In this document: one piece after another, positions 38,982 through 53,195 of the stretch
Position numbering within the stretch: the first letter of the stretch is position 1
Layout: each line of letters begins with the position of its first letter
DNA from: Octopus vulgaris
Taxonomy: Eukaryota
Direction of reading: 5' to 3'
DNA: 64,000 nucleotides
Assembly (NCBI GenBank): GCA_951406725.2
Contig: OX597820.1
Coordinates: 66,650,001 to 66,714,000 of the forward strand
Translations under genes and position numbers: made by a program
Notes under the pieces: generated by a model
Seen by the model: only the letters and a program-made list of their open reading frames with translations
Told to the model about the DNA's origin: nothing
Databases searched by the model: none

Positions 38982-39225
38982 TATAAAGACAGACAGACAG
39001 ATGGGTAGATAGATAGACAGACAGACAAACACAGATATATGGGTAGATAGGCAGACGGACACACAGTCAGATAGATTGATAGATAGACAGGCAAACAGAT
39101 TTATAGATAGACAGACAGATAGAGACACAGACAGACAGACAGGTAGATAGATAGACAGACAGACATGTAGATCAATATACAAACAGACAGGCAGATAGAT
39201 AGATAGATATACAGCTAGATATAAA
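38618..39225. repeat. GATA/GACA microsatellite with a ~180 bp higher-order unit (x3)
   Basis: Landmark atatgggtagataggcagac...agtcagat recurs at about 38675, 38857 and 39037. Confidence 0.9.
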
Positions 39226-39802
39226 TATATGAAATCTGTTTTTTCCACTGCAGCTTTTTTTGCTTTAAAATTCTTAATAAAATCTCCGGAAATGTATTGA
39301 GAAATTACCGAAATAGGAATTGAAACCTGTCAACATGTTTAACTGTTTATACTTATTGAAGTGTGTATCTATGTGAATAAATAAATATTTGTACACTTAG
39401 ATACACATAGGCATTCTATCTGAATTTAATACAGTCGTAATGTTTAATGAAAACATGAAAAGACCATTTCTGTCTGTTGGCAGAAATGCTTTATTAACGA
39501 AGGTTTATTATACTGTGCACGCAAGCACATAGACAAACAAACATTCACTTGTGTGTGTGCATATACACGTGAATCTTCTGTGTGTGCATAATATACACAT
39601 GAGTCTGTATAAACTAATTCTAATGTAAAGTAAGACTATATATATTTATATGCTCTGATGTAGGATGTGTGTTCGTTAAGTATGTGTGTGTGTGTGTGTG
39701 TGTGTGTATTTGCATATATTCAGAGACTGGAAAAAATAGTAGGTATAGCAAGAAGTCGAAAGACTGGGTGGGTGAGATTGTGTAGAGAGTAATTTTTTTT
39801 TA

Positions 39803-40450
39803 TCTTTGACTTATTTCAGCCATTGGGTTATGACCATGCTGGGGCACCGCCTTGCATAGTTTTAGTCAGGCAATTCAACCCTGCTGCTTATTTTTAAGTC
39901 AGGCACTTACCCTATCGATCTCTTTTGTCAACACTGCTAAGGTATTTGAACATAAACAAACCAACATTGAATGTCAAGCTGTGGGGAGACATGCACAAAG
40001 ACACACATAATTGTGTGTGTGTGTGTATACATACACACACATACTTACATGCAAAAGCTGGAATTTTACCTTACCTACCTACCTATATGATTGGCCCTTG
40101 TGCCGGTGGCATGTAAAAGCACCCATACACTCTCGGAGTGGTTGTCGTTAGGAAGGGCATCCAGCTGTAGAAACTCTGCCAGATCAGATTGGAGCCTGGT
40201 GCAGCCATCTGGCTTGCCAGTCCTCAGTCAAACTGTCCAACCCATGCCAGCATGGAAAGCAGACGTTAAACGATGATGATGATGATATATACACACACTC
40301 ACACGCACACACACACACACACACTCAACAAGGTTCCTCACAGCCCAAGGTTGTAGCAGAAGATACTTGCCCAAGGTGCCATGCATTGAGATTGAACTCA
40401 AGACCATTTGGTTGCAAAGTGATCACCTTAAACACTCAGCCATGCTTGCC
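39803..40450 (-). mobile_element. Degenerate SINE family A interrupted by family C
   Basis: Tail half 39803-40005, head half 40325-40450. Confidence 0.65.
40093..40285 (+). mobile_element. Family C 3' end
   Basis: gtgccggtggcatgtaaaagcacc...cgttaaacgatgatg. Confidence 0.88.
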
Positions 40451-40790
40451 AGATGGTATGAAATGTTGCTAAAGGTAGATAGTCTTTGGTCTTGTACTGT
40501 AACAACACACTGGACGGTCAGTACATTGTAACCTGGGGTACATTATTAACTGAAAAAAGTTCATCCAACTCAACGTCACCTTCTCTTCTGAAATGTGGGG
40601 TGCCCTGTAGTTCCTCTACAACAGGAAACCTGCTATGTTCTGGCCCCTTCTCTCATACCTTAACTCTTCATTTCTCAGCACAAAGCTACCTCTCTTGAGA
40701 TTCATAATCTTGCTAGCCATAGTGTGGTCTTGCCAAACTGTCTGACCCATGTCAACGTGGAACATGGACATTAAATGATGGCAGTGGTGG

Positions 40791-40823
<33 letters not shown>

Positions 40824-42249
40824 CGATGACGATGATGATGATGATGATGATGATGCTGGTGGTGATGGTGATGGTGATTGTGGTGGTCATGATGATGATG
40901 ATCATGGTGGTGATAATGATGTGGATGATTGTATATGTGGGTGTATGCATATATATATATGTATGTGTTGGCATTTATGTTTGTATAAGTACAGGTATGT
41001 GATTGAATGTACTCATACACACACACACACACACACACTCTCTCCCTCTCTCTTTCTATCTCTCTTTCTCTCTCACACACACACAAACATACATATACAA
41101 ACATATATATATATGTAAAGAAATTAGAACATTAACATTTCAAACTCTGTTATCTTTTAATGGAGTGTGGAGGGATGGGCATTGTGGATTTTTGATTTTT
41201 TATTACCTTTAGTTAATTTTATGTGACTTTTGCTTTCAGAAAAGAGAAAAAGAGTGGGCGGGAGAGATACATGGAGGGATGGAGGTGGCTGTGTTAGGAT
41301 ATTGTGGACCATCTCTTGAAAGTCATTTTTGTTTGTTTTTCTGTCTTCTTTAGTTTCTCGCACTCATTTCCTTTCCTTTTTTCACTATTTCTCTGTGGAA
41401 AAGGTAACTTGTGGTTATTGTCTCATTTATGCTGTTTTTGTTATTGTTGACGTCGTCGTATTTTTTTCCCCTTGTTGTTGTTCATTTAACTGTTATAGCC
41501 GATGTGTTTTTCTTTTCATGGTAGCCTTTGGAGATGTTATCGCTGTTGTTGCTGCTGTTGTAATTCTTTATGTGTTTTCGTTGCTGCTGTTCATTATGTT
41601 TCTGTTCATTTGTTGAGAAGAGTTTTTTTTTTTCCATTGTTTTTTTTATTTTTTTTATTTTTTCATTTTTTCATGTATTGTTATTTATGAGTAAATTTGT
41701 GTCATAGTATAATGAATGGCTGCCTCAGGAAGAGATCCCATTGCACTGGGTTTTGAAACCACCTAATTTGTATTTATGTTGTGTGCTTCCCATAAAACTT
41801 CTTGCTTTTTGTGTGAGCACAACTCAGGGTTTGTTTGTTTTTTTTTTGTTTTTATCTTGTATTTTATGTTTTTATTTTCAAGATTTTTGGGGGTATTTTT
41901 GTGTTTGTTTTGGCCTCAGGGGAGTTTCCTTCCCTAAACCTGTACCACAGCATTGGCAGAGACAGTCAAGAGTTCCTTCACACATACTACTGTCAACTCT
42001 GCTCTCTTATGGTTTTACATTAGGGACCTCTATGGTGGTGGGAGTGGTGATGGTGATATGATGATATATGATACAAGATGGCTGACTATATGGCTGGCTG
42101 GCTGGCTGGTTGACTGGCTGGCCATCCGGCTGGCTGAATGGATAGATGGATGGATAGATGTATGGATGGATGGATGGATGTCAGTTGACAATTGCAATAA
42201 GTGAATGCATATCAGAGGAATCAACAGCCACCTCCCCTTTCTCCCCCCT

Positions 42250-42770
<521 letters not shown>

Positions 42771-42999
42771 TTTTCTTTTTTAATTCCCTTTCTGTTACAT
42801 CTACCAACTGCTACTATTATACTAATTTCATTTCTCGTGCAACAGCAAATAAATAGTGAAGGAAATATTTGTTGCATTATTTTAAGATGTGAAAAAGCAT
42901 TCATTCAAAAACCTCCAAAAAGAGAGGCATTTATTTGTATACATGGCTTCTTGAACTAAATAAATAAGCTCAGACACACATTTTTACTTTCCAGCACTA

Positions 43000-43057
<58 letters not shown>

Positions 43058-43107
43058 TCCCTCTCTCTCTCTCCATCCTTCCTTATTCACATATTCCCTG
43101 CAGTTAC

Positions 43108-43350
43108 CATCATTATTTAAGTTCCACTTTTCCATGCCTGCATGGGTCGGGAGCAGTTTGTTGAGGCAGATTTTTCTATGGCTGGATGCTTTTCCTGTTG
43201 CCAACCTTTTATCTTTTTCTAAGCAAAAAAATATATATTTCATTGTGGAAATAGCTCATGTTTCCATGAAAGATTGGAAAAGAATGATACCACTTGTATG
43301 TCACTGATGTTCATTTTACATCTATTACACAATGTCTATGCAAGGAGACG
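43108..43350 (-). mobile_element. Family C subtype (like 5733-5975)
   Basis: ccacttttccatgc...gctggatgcttttcctgttgccaacc...gaagattgga. Confidence 0.65.
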
Positions 43351-43403
43351 CATAACACTTGCACACACCAATGCATGCATGCACATATAAATATAAAATG
43401 GAT

Positions 43404-43727
43404 ACTGGTACTCTGTCATTTATGACCACAGATGTACCATTTGATCTGGTCAATAGAACAGCCTGCTCATGAATTTAATGTGCAAGTGGCTGAGCACTCC
43501 ACAGACACATATATCCTTAATGTAGTTCTCAGGGAGTTTCAGTGGGACACAGAGCGTGACAGGGCTGGCCCTTTGAAATACAGGAACTACTCACTTTTGC
43601 TAGCTGAGTGTACTGGAGCAATGTGAAATAAAGTGTCTTGCTCAAGGACTCATCACACCACCAGGAATTGAACTCACAACCTTTGATTTTGAGCCAAGCA
43701 CCGTAACCACTAAGCCATTCACCTCCA
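43404..43727 (-). mobile_element. SINE family D
   Basis: Reverse complement of the 7330-7500 tail plus tRNA-like head. Confidence 0.85.
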
Positions 43728-44802
43728 TTTAATGGAAATGCATATATAAATATTCAGTGGACTCCTTTATGCCTTCATCTACCAACTCCAATCACAAAGC
43801 TTTGATCAGCCTGGGGCTATAGTGGAAGACACTTTCCAAAGGTACCGTGCAGTGGAATTGAACTTGAAAGTCTGTGGTTGGACACTGCATGTGAAATAAA
43901 TACTTAGACAAGAAAGAAAAATTATAGCCAACTTTTTAATAAAATTTTAAAAAATGGGAAAAAAACAAAGGAATTGACTATAATTTTATTTATTTTTTTT
44001 TTGTCATTGCATTCATGGATTCTTGCCCCCACTCCTACTTCTTTTCTCCAATGTAACTAAGTTTCTTGTAAAATCTGTGTAACAATTGGAATAAAGTTTC
44101 ACCAACCAGTATGTTCACAGGAGCTGTTTGAAATTGATTTTTTTTTTTTTTTAAAACCCCTTTCTATGTTGTCTAGACAGATTTACAAAGAACTTAAGAC
44201 GTTTCCCTGTCTTCTTCAAAACATGTCACTCATTGCATTTACATGTTTGCCACAGCCACTACTGTCATTCCAAATGTTTCTTTCCTGCTAAACCCCACCA
44301 CCACCACCACCACCATCACACAAAGCCTATTATAACCCAATCTTTTTTTTACACAACACCTCTCCTTCTCTTTTTCCTCAATGCATTTCTTTGAAATTCC
44401 CATCCTGTCTTATGTTTTTTATGCTGTTTTCTTGTCTACCCCTGCGCCTGCTCCCTTTACTGATCTGTGAAAGTTTAAACTAAACAAGGCATTAACCTTA
44501 TTCAACTATGCTAACTTCCTTCCTTATTTAGCTGGGCTGGGAAAGGGTATGACTAGATTATTGCTGTTACCACCAAAACAATATATAGTGATAACTATCC
44601 CCACACCAAAAAATATTCACACGCATACTCCCACAAGCACACATGTATGAATGCTCTGAAATAATGCACAAGCACTCAACCCTGAATGCACTGCAATGTA
44701 TAGCAGTAACGCCTGTAAGCTAATGAAGTTCATTGCACAGGTAGATTTTGTTTCCTCATAACTTTCAGAAAAATTGGTATTTTCTCATGAAAGTTCCTAC
44801 AA

Positions 44803-44950
44803 GCACAGGCTTGGCTGTGTGGTAAGAAGTTTGCTTCCCAGCCACATGGTTCCAGGTTCAGTCCCACTGTATGGCACCTTGGGCAAGTGATATCTACTAT
44901 AGCCTCGGAGTTAATTTGGTTGACGGAAACTGAAAGAAGCCTGTCGTGTA
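44803..44950 (+). mobile_element. SINE family A 5' half
   Basis: ggctgtgtggtaagaag...aggttcagtccc...caccttgggcaagtg. Confidence 0.85.
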
Positions 44951-45501
44951 TATGTGTGTGAATAAATACATGTGAGTGTGTGCCTGTGTGTAGCTAGATG
45001 AACGTGTATGTCTGTGTGTGCAAATGGCTCGGTGTATACGTGAGTGAATCCATGCAGTTGTGTGTGTGTGTGTCTGTTTGAAAGCATGCATAAGTATGGG
45101 CATATATGTATGAGTGTGTGTCTTTATAGTTATGCGGATGTATTTCTGCATGCATCTGTTTGTAAGTGTATCTGTATATGTATGTTATGTATGCATGTGT
45201 ATGTATGTATGTATGTATGTGTGTGTGTGTGCATGAATATGTGAGCTTGTATGTATGTATGTATGTATGTGCATTTATGTACATATATGGATGAGTTTGT
45301 ACATGATTATGCACATATATACACACACATATATACATGCATATACACATATATACACACACACATATACATGCATACATGCACACAGACATACAATACA
45401 TACATACATGTACATCCATTCATATATATTTATATACATACATACATACACACATACATCCATTCATATATATTTATATGCATACATACATACACACACA
45501 C

Positions 45502-45533
<32 letters not shown>

Positions 45534-46092
45534 CTATGTATACATACCTGCATACAAATACAGAAACATCTAGAGAAAGAAGTTCATTCACACAGCCTCC
45601 AGGCAAGTGGAAACTGTACTGAGGATTATATATTTCTGACAAAAACTGTGCTATATATATATATATATTGCAGTGTGTGTGTGTGTGTGTGTGTGTGTTG
45701 CAAGTTAATCCCTTCATGTAGGACAATCACTGGTGACATTTACTGACAAACAGCAGAAACATTGTCATGGTCGGGGCTAAAATACTTGCAGAGATTAAAC
45801 AGAGAAATCTCTTTCTGTATCTGAAAGACTTGTTATATTGTAATGGTGTCGTCATTCCATGCCAGGTTGACATACTTTTAACCTTGGTGCTGAATGGAAA
45901 CTTAGCCTACAGCTTGATTTCACCTCTCTGCTACAGCAAAATATATTAGGAATTTGCTACCAAATGTACATCATTATCATCATCATCAGCATCATCTTTT
46001 AATGTCCACTTTTCCATGCTTGCATAGGTTAAGCAGCATTTGTTGAGGTAGGTTTTTTTTTTTTTATATAGCCAGATGCTCTTCCTGTTTAA

Positions 46093-46128
<36 letters not shown>

Positions 46129-46276
46129 TGTGTACAGTGCTCAGGTGCACTACAACTCATCTAAACTGTATATATAATCAGGTGTAGTTTCGGCGGATTT
46201 CGGAAAGCATGAGGGCCTTAAAGGATGCAGTGTTATGGCAGTCAACAACTGACGCAGGCAGTTTATTCCATGCTTC
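46093..46276 (-). mobile_element. CR1-clade LINE 3' end, near-identical to 20163-20342
   Basis: Only two substitutions seen over about 150 bp; (ATT)n tail. Confidence 0.9.
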
Positions 46277-46295
46277 CAAGTTAATACTTCTTCTC

Positions 46296-46438
46296 TTTAC
46301 TCTTACTCTTTTAGTTGTTTCAGTCATGTGACAGTAGCCATGCTGGAGCACCGCCTTTAGTCGAGCAAATCGACCCCAGGACTTATTCTTTGTAAGCCTA
46401 GTACTTAATTCTATCGGTCTCTTTTGCCAAACCGCTAA
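46296..46438 (-). mobile_element. SINE family A 3' part
   Basis: Matches 5163-5293. Confidence 0.85.
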
Positions 46439-46439
46439 A

Positions 46440-46643
46440 AAAGCACTGGTAGTGGTGCCACTTTAAAAGCACCCAGTACACTCTGTAAAGTTGTTGGTAT
46501 TAAGTACGGAATCCATCTGTAGAAACCAAGATCAAAAAGATTATAGAACCTGGTGCAGCTCTCCAGCTTGCCAACTCCTGCCAAACTGTCCAACCCATGC
46601 CAGCATGGAAAATGACATTAAATAATAATAATGATAATGATGA
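46440..46643 (+). mobile_element. Family C 3' end
   Basis: aaaagcacc...ccaacccatgccagcatggaaaatgacattaaa. Confidence 0.75.
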
Positions 46644-46723
46644 TTAAAGGGCCAATACTAACTTTGAACACACAGTCCTAAATTCATGATGTGGTACCTC
46701 TGGTCAAGGTTATTAATACTGCT

Positions 46724-47384
46724 TAGTGGTTCTCAACTGGGAGTCTATATGGAATAATAGGGAGTCTACAATAGTATTTTAAGGACCACTGAAAAGATTT
46801 TGCTTTAGATGTAGAGTGACCCACTGTTCTTGAGGAGACCTGTTGAGTCAATTTCGTCAACATCAAAAATTCAAATGGTAATTGTAGTTAAGACACCAGT
46901 GCTGGTGACACGTAAAAGCACCGTTCGAGCGTAGCAGTTACTAGCGTCGCCTGACTGGCGTCCGTGTCGGTGACACGTAAAAGCACCAACCGATCGTGGC
47001 CGTTTGCCAGCCTGTGGAGTGGTTGGTGTTAGGAAGGGCATCCAGCTGTAGAAACACTGCCAAATCAGACTGGAGCCTGGTGCAGCCCCCATGACTTACC
47101 AGACCCCGGTCGAACCGTCCAACCCATGCTAGCATGGAAAACGGACGTTAAATGATGATGATGATGATGTATGTATTGGTCTGTATTGCAAAAAACAGAT
47201 GGGTTTCTTTCTCTGACATTTTACATAGTTTAACCTACACAAGTTAATGTGTGAAAGACAAAATGGGAATTTTGAAAGAAGTTTCTATAAAACTAGTTTT
47301 TAAACATCGAATGGCTATGGGGATCCACCAGAGCAGAATAGTAATCAAAAGGGTCCATAGATCAAAAGTGGTTGAGAACCCCTG
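46724..47384. mobile_element. hAT/Charlie-type MITE interrupted by family C
   Basis: TIRs TAGTGGTTCTCAAC ... GTTGAGAACCCCTG; right flank gtctagac matches the Charlie-type target consensus, but the left 8-mer does not match it. Confidence 0.75.
46814..47169 (+). mobile_element. Family C element, young copy
   Basis: CpG-rich, two ggtgacacgtaaaagcacc modules, (GAT)n tail, gatgta on both sides. Confidence 0.88.
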
Positions 47385-47454
47385 GTCTAGACTGCCTGCC
47401 TGAGTGAATAAAACAAACTTCTAAATATAAAAAAAGCAGTTTCCAAGATGTTTT

Positions 47455-47630
47455 TGTTTAACCTTGGGTCAGCCTAGATCTTACAGACCTATGATCAAAA
47501 GCATTCCTGTCATGACCATCCTGTGTTTTTGTATATCTTTGATTACATTATCCAGCTGTATCCTTCCTTTTATGACAGCAAGATGTGCTTTACTGGAAAT
47601 TTTTGACTGCTATTTCAAGTAGATCAAGTG
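47455..47630 (-). mobile_element. Family E short retroposon
   Basis: Reverse complement of 53026-53195 (gacctatgatc...catgaccatcc...ctgctatttc). Confidence 0.65.
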
Positions 47631-49689
47631 ATCAGATAAAGGCCATCTTTCTGGCTCCACTTACTTCACAGTCGGTTGGTTTGACAGTAATAAGGGCAAC
47701 CAACCATAGAAATAACCAACTGATACAACAAAATTAAACTATTCCTAGCCATACAAACTGTAAAAAATGAAAATTCCATTCATTTTCATTTTGTTCGATT
47801 TTATTTTATTTTTTTTTTGTTATAAAGTGGATTTAAAAAAACAAATTTTCTTTATTTTTTTTTTTTAATTTAATAACAAAAACTGATAAAATTTAAATAA
47901 TCACAAGAAAATTCTTCTCGACTTGATTTCGTTGGATATTAATAATGTGACTCTACCGGGCAATCTTGTTAATAACATATATATTCAAAGTTGACGTCAA
48001 GAGATAAAAAGAGCGAAAGTAAACTAATAAACCAACAACGACTTTCTTAACAACAACAACAACAATTATAACAATATCAATAACAACAACAGTAACAGCA
48101 ATCATATCTCAAACCATAATCTAAATTTCACATGATTAAAATAACATTTATTTCAGATAGTTTTACATTATCCATTTGTTGTATGTTTAATTTTATTTAC
48201 ATATTTATTTTAATTTTGTGATTTGGAATTTTCATTTTGGGGGTTTTTTAAGTTTTTATTTTTGTGTGTGAGTGTGTGTTTTTGGGTTTTTTTTTTTTTT
48301 AGGGGTTTATTTTGTGTGTGTGTGTTTTGTTTTGTTTTCGTTTTCATGTCTGGCAGTTATGTTGTCAAAAGAAGCATGGAAATTGGAAGAAAGTGCTAAT
48401 TTTCTTCCTATCTTGTTTAGGTCTTTTGCATCTCTTGCACATATCTCTTCGCTCAGTTCCTTTTCCTCGTCCTCTTCTTCGCTCAGACAACTTAATCTAT
48501 GTGAAAAATCTATGGAGGATAACCGCAGTCTATATAACTAACACGCAGCGATAACCAACCAACTAAGATACCAGTTGCTTTCCTCAGAGAATAAGAGAGA
48601 AATTAATCAATCATGAAAAGAATAATTTCGTGTAGTTGCTATTGTTGTTGCTGTTGTTGTTGTTTTGAAATTAAAAGAACATATATAAAAAATTTTTTTT
48701 TAAATATGTTTATTTTAATTTATTTGTTTTACTTAAATTTATTAATTTTCTTTATTTATTTGAAATTTTACATTAATCATTCTTGGCTGCAATAGTTATC
48801 TTTGTCTTTTTGCAATTATTTATGATTATCATGGTCACCATCATCATCATCATCATCATCATCATGATTATTATTATTATCATTATTATTATTATCATTA
48901 TTATTATTATCATTATTACTATTATTATTATTATTATTATGATAATTTTGTTTATTGCGACAAATACATATATGTATGAATAATTTTATTGTTTCATCAG
49001 CACTCAAACCTATCCTTCCAATTTTTTCTGGGGTCGAAAACAAAAGAAAAAGAATTAAAACACAATAAAATAAAATAATAAACCAAAAATAAAGTAAATA
49101 AAATAAAAATAAAGAGACAACTACAAGTATTTGTTAACATATTATAGTCTTATTAAATTGACTACTTCCTTCCCTTAACATTTTTGGTTTAAAGCAGTAT
49201 TCCTGAGGAAGGGGAACGGTGCATGCTTTGCAAAAAAGGTTGCAGACAAAATGCCAAGCTTAATAAAATAACGACAGTTTCCAATTTTTTAAACTTGTCA
49301 GGCATCATGGTAAAAGAATGAAGAATTATTTAGATGTAAAATCTATTTTGTTTTCTCATAAATAAAGAAAAGGGAGCATGCCAAATTATTTCACTAATAT
49401 ATTGTCTTTTTTGTTTTTTTCTTTTTGGAGTGGAGTAGAGTAGTGGTTCTTTGAGAACCTATGGTTTATGCCATCCTAAAAATCTGCTTAATCTGGTTCT
49501 CCATTCTCTATTGGAGATATTTTCTTGTTGAAATTTAATAATTGTGTATGTCATCTACTGTAAGATGTTTTTTTCTGTATCTCTATCAAGGTACTTCTTG
49601 TCACTTGACACAAAACCGCTTCCTTCCGTATTACTTGGTTCACCTTCAGTTGAGGTAGGGGTCTTATTTTGTGAGTTACTTGGTAATCT

Positions 49690-49880
49690 CACTGGTACCA
49701 GTGCCATGTAAAGAGCACCCTGTACACTTTGTAAAGTGATTGGCATTAGGAAGGGCATCCAGTTGTAGAAACCTCACCAAAGTAGACAGTAGGATTTGGT
49801 GCTGTCTTTGGCCCAACAGTTCCTATTGAACCAATCCAATCTATGCCTGCATAGAAAATGGACATTAAATGATGGTGATG
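49690..49880 (+). mobile_element. Degenerate family C
   Basis: ttggcattaggaagggcatccagttgtagaaac...ggacattaaatgatg. Confidence 0.7.
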
Positions 49881-50414
49881 GTGGCAGTGGTGGTGGTGGT
49901 GGTGGTGATGGCGGTGGCGGTGGTGGTGGTAGCTGTTGTTTTATTTTTTATTTTGTTGTTTTTGTACCCTTGAATTGTTCCTGATGTCTTTGGACTCCAC
50001 TGAAAGAAATAATTTAAATTGTTAGAATTGTTGATTTTTGGAAAAAAAATTTTTTTTTCCTATTTTCATCATACCAGACTAGAGAGTCAGTTCCTCCATT
50101 TCTTACGGAAAGACTCTTTCATTCTGCTGATCTGACAATCCATCTGCTGCCAACACCTTCCAAATACATAAATGGTTGTGTGTGTGTGTGTATACAGATG
50201 CACATACACAAATGTGTGTGTGTGTGTGTGTGTAAATATATGTATGTATATGTATGCATTTTTTCATAGTCTTAAACAGACTTCAATTGAATTTCTGATG
50301 TAATTAACTTGTCAAGAGGACAATATTCTGCCACTTGAAAAAAATATTAATACTGCTATAAAGTCAGTTTGAAGTGTATTGAAGTATGGTCTTTGTGTTC
50401 ACACATGTTATCAC

Positions 50415-50660
50415 CATCATCATCATCATTATCATCATCATCATTTAACGTCCATTTTCCAAACTGGCATGGGTTGGATGGTTTGTAAAGAGCTGGCAAG
50501 CCAGAGAGCTGCACCAAGCTCCAATTTGTCTGTTTTGGTATGGTTTCTTTGGCTGGATGCCCTTCCTAGTGCCAACCACTTTACAGAGTGTACTGGGAGC
50601 TTTTTATGCGACATTGACACCAGCAGCGTTACCAAGGAAGTTTGCAAGACAAAGACCATT
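50415..50660 (-). mobile_element. Family C 3' end
   Basis: (CAT)n ttaacgtccattttcc...ggctggatgcccttcctag. Confidence 0.8.
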
Positions 50661-51840
50661 TAATTGAGAGAGGGAGTGGAACGAGTGAAGTGACTATGTG
50701 CCAGGTGAGGGGTTAGAGCACAATGGAGGGACAGAATTAGTTGTCTTACTATAGAGGAGATACACGTTGATTTGAGAGATATTTGGGTGCTGTTTTTAAT
50801 AGGCAAAATAGGGATCATGTATAGGATCTCGCATTGGCTCATACACAACCTTTTTGATTGGTTTGTAACAGGTGAGATTGGTAGTTAATGATGTTCAGCT
50901 TGAAATCCTGTAAATGATCTATACCTGTGGGTAAGATAAAGATAGGGGTTACGGTTGCAGAGGGGTTGGATGGATGGGAGGGGAGTGAGACATAGGATGG
51001 ATGGTGAGGGTGGATAAGGAATGAAATAAAGAGAGGGAGATGAAGATTGACTAGTGTGAAACAGAAGGAAATGATCCAGAGATGTGAGAAGGAAAATGTC
51101 TTACCTGGGAAGAGAGAGAAAGAGAACAGGGTAGTGAGACAGAGAGAGGGAGATGGAGAAAACACACACTCACAGATACAGAGTGAAGGGGAAAGGGAAA
51201 GAGAGAGAGAGAGAGAGACAGATAGACAGACAAAGGAGTGAAAATGGTTCTGCTAAAATAAATATTTAGATTTAACAAAAATTTTTCTGTGAGAAATTTT
51301 TGTATGAAATAGGCTTTTCTTTTTTCTTGCATTTTTAAATTTAATTTTTTAAGAACAAAATTTGGATTTTGAATCAGAAAAAAAAATTTCCACCAACAAC
51401 AATAATGATGATGATGATGATGATTTGAAAAAAGAACAACAGTAGTTAAAATCAACAATAACTACTGCGAATGCCCCACCATCATCATTAACAACAACAA
51501 CAACAACAACAGCAACAACAATAATGACGCCATTGCCATCCACCATCCACCTTATCCAGCCATAAATTAACTTTCTGTAATTGCCGATTAGCAGTTTCGA
51601 GACTGTAAGAGTAAGATTTAGTGCCAGAATTTAGTGAGCGGCAAACCTTTACTGTTTAAAGTACTGTGATTAACTTTTCATCTGATCTGCCTTGTTAATT
51701 GGTAAATTAAAGTACTATATTTAATTGACTTTTAATACTTTAATTTGCACATGTACACTCACACGTACACGTACACACACATGCGGCATACACAATATAT
51801 GCATACACAGACAATTAAATGATGTGTGTGTATGTATATA

Positions 51841-51899
<59 letters not shown>

Positions 51900-51974
51900 A
51901 AGCAAACATACTATATATGAATATATACCTGTATATGGCAACAAATATACAATATATGAAATATATGCATGTGC

Positions 51975-52015
<41 letters not shown>

Positions 52016-53025
52016 TAAATACATATGTATGTTTGTATATATGCAAATAAATTCAGACTTTGTGTGAGCACCTGTAGTAGTTATAATGCACATTTACAAA
52101 CAATATGCACTTAGATATGTGCATACTTTTGCTCACACATACACACATATATAAATTCAGAGTTATATCAGAAATTCATGTCCATACATACATACTTACA
52201 TATTCACATGCTTGTACACATAAGCTTGTACACACACACACACACACATACACACACACATCCACACGTATGTGTGTGCATATATATGCATTGACACATA
52301 CTGAAAAGCAAACAGAAATCTCATACTTACACACACATACAAACACACATACACACGCATAGTCATATCAATTTAGTTTGAATTCCAACTTGTTTTGTTG
52401 GGTTTTAGTCAAAATTTTATTCCAACTTTGAAATTTTAATGGAAGCTATCAAATTTAATTAATGGCTTGAAATAACAACCTGATTCCTGGATTAGGGGTT
52501 GTTGCTATATTTTGAGGAATTTTTGTATATATTTTTAATATTTTTATAGAAATATTTCATTTCAGTTTGTTTTTGTTTTTCTTTAATTTTTCCATTATTT
52601 ATTTATTATTTTTAGATTATTTCAGGATTTTTTTAATATAATTTATGTATCTGATTACCTAAATGAAGAAAAAAATAAGGCAGTACAATAATAAAACAGC
52701 AGATTTTGCTATGAATTGTTATTCTTGTTGGAGTTGTCGTCGTTGTTGACTCCTATGTTAGCTCTGATCCAGCAGACATATAATCAAGACTTTCCAAATG
52801 TGACCACCCTGTCTTTTTTTCTTTTTTTTGCTAAATGTGATGCATCAAGAAATACATTATCCAATGCTCTGTGTTTTGGGAGGTTTTTTTCATTGGATTT
52901 TTTTCCAAGACAATGGGCCTATTATTATTATCATCGGTGCCATGTGGATAATTAAATATTGGTCATTCAGATATCAATAATTACTTTAATTATTGCCCTC
53001 ATTTGAGGCCATTTTATAATCACTT

Positions 53026-53195
53026 AACATGCTAAAAATACCAGTTAAATCTTCTTCACATCACACACTACTGTCTTTAAAAAAAAGAGGAACACATTGA
53101 TTAATGTAGTCCTAGGTACATTCTGTCTGGTAAAAAAGATGGTATGGTTACGGGATCATAGGTCTGCTCAATTGTGGATGGACCTTGGGCGAAAC
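53026..53195 (+). mobile_element. Family E short retroposon
   Basis: gctaaaaatac...aatgtagtcctag...gatcataggtctgctc...gaccttgggcgaaacaa; other pieces at about 9945, 12430, 19590-20020, 25820, 52750, 54755 and 62100. Confidence 0.65.

Noticed and set aside
44548-44595. TGACTAGA (miR-279-family seed) in a weak hairpin
   Set aside because: The rest of the mature sequence does not match, the seed is on the wrong arm, and pairing is poor
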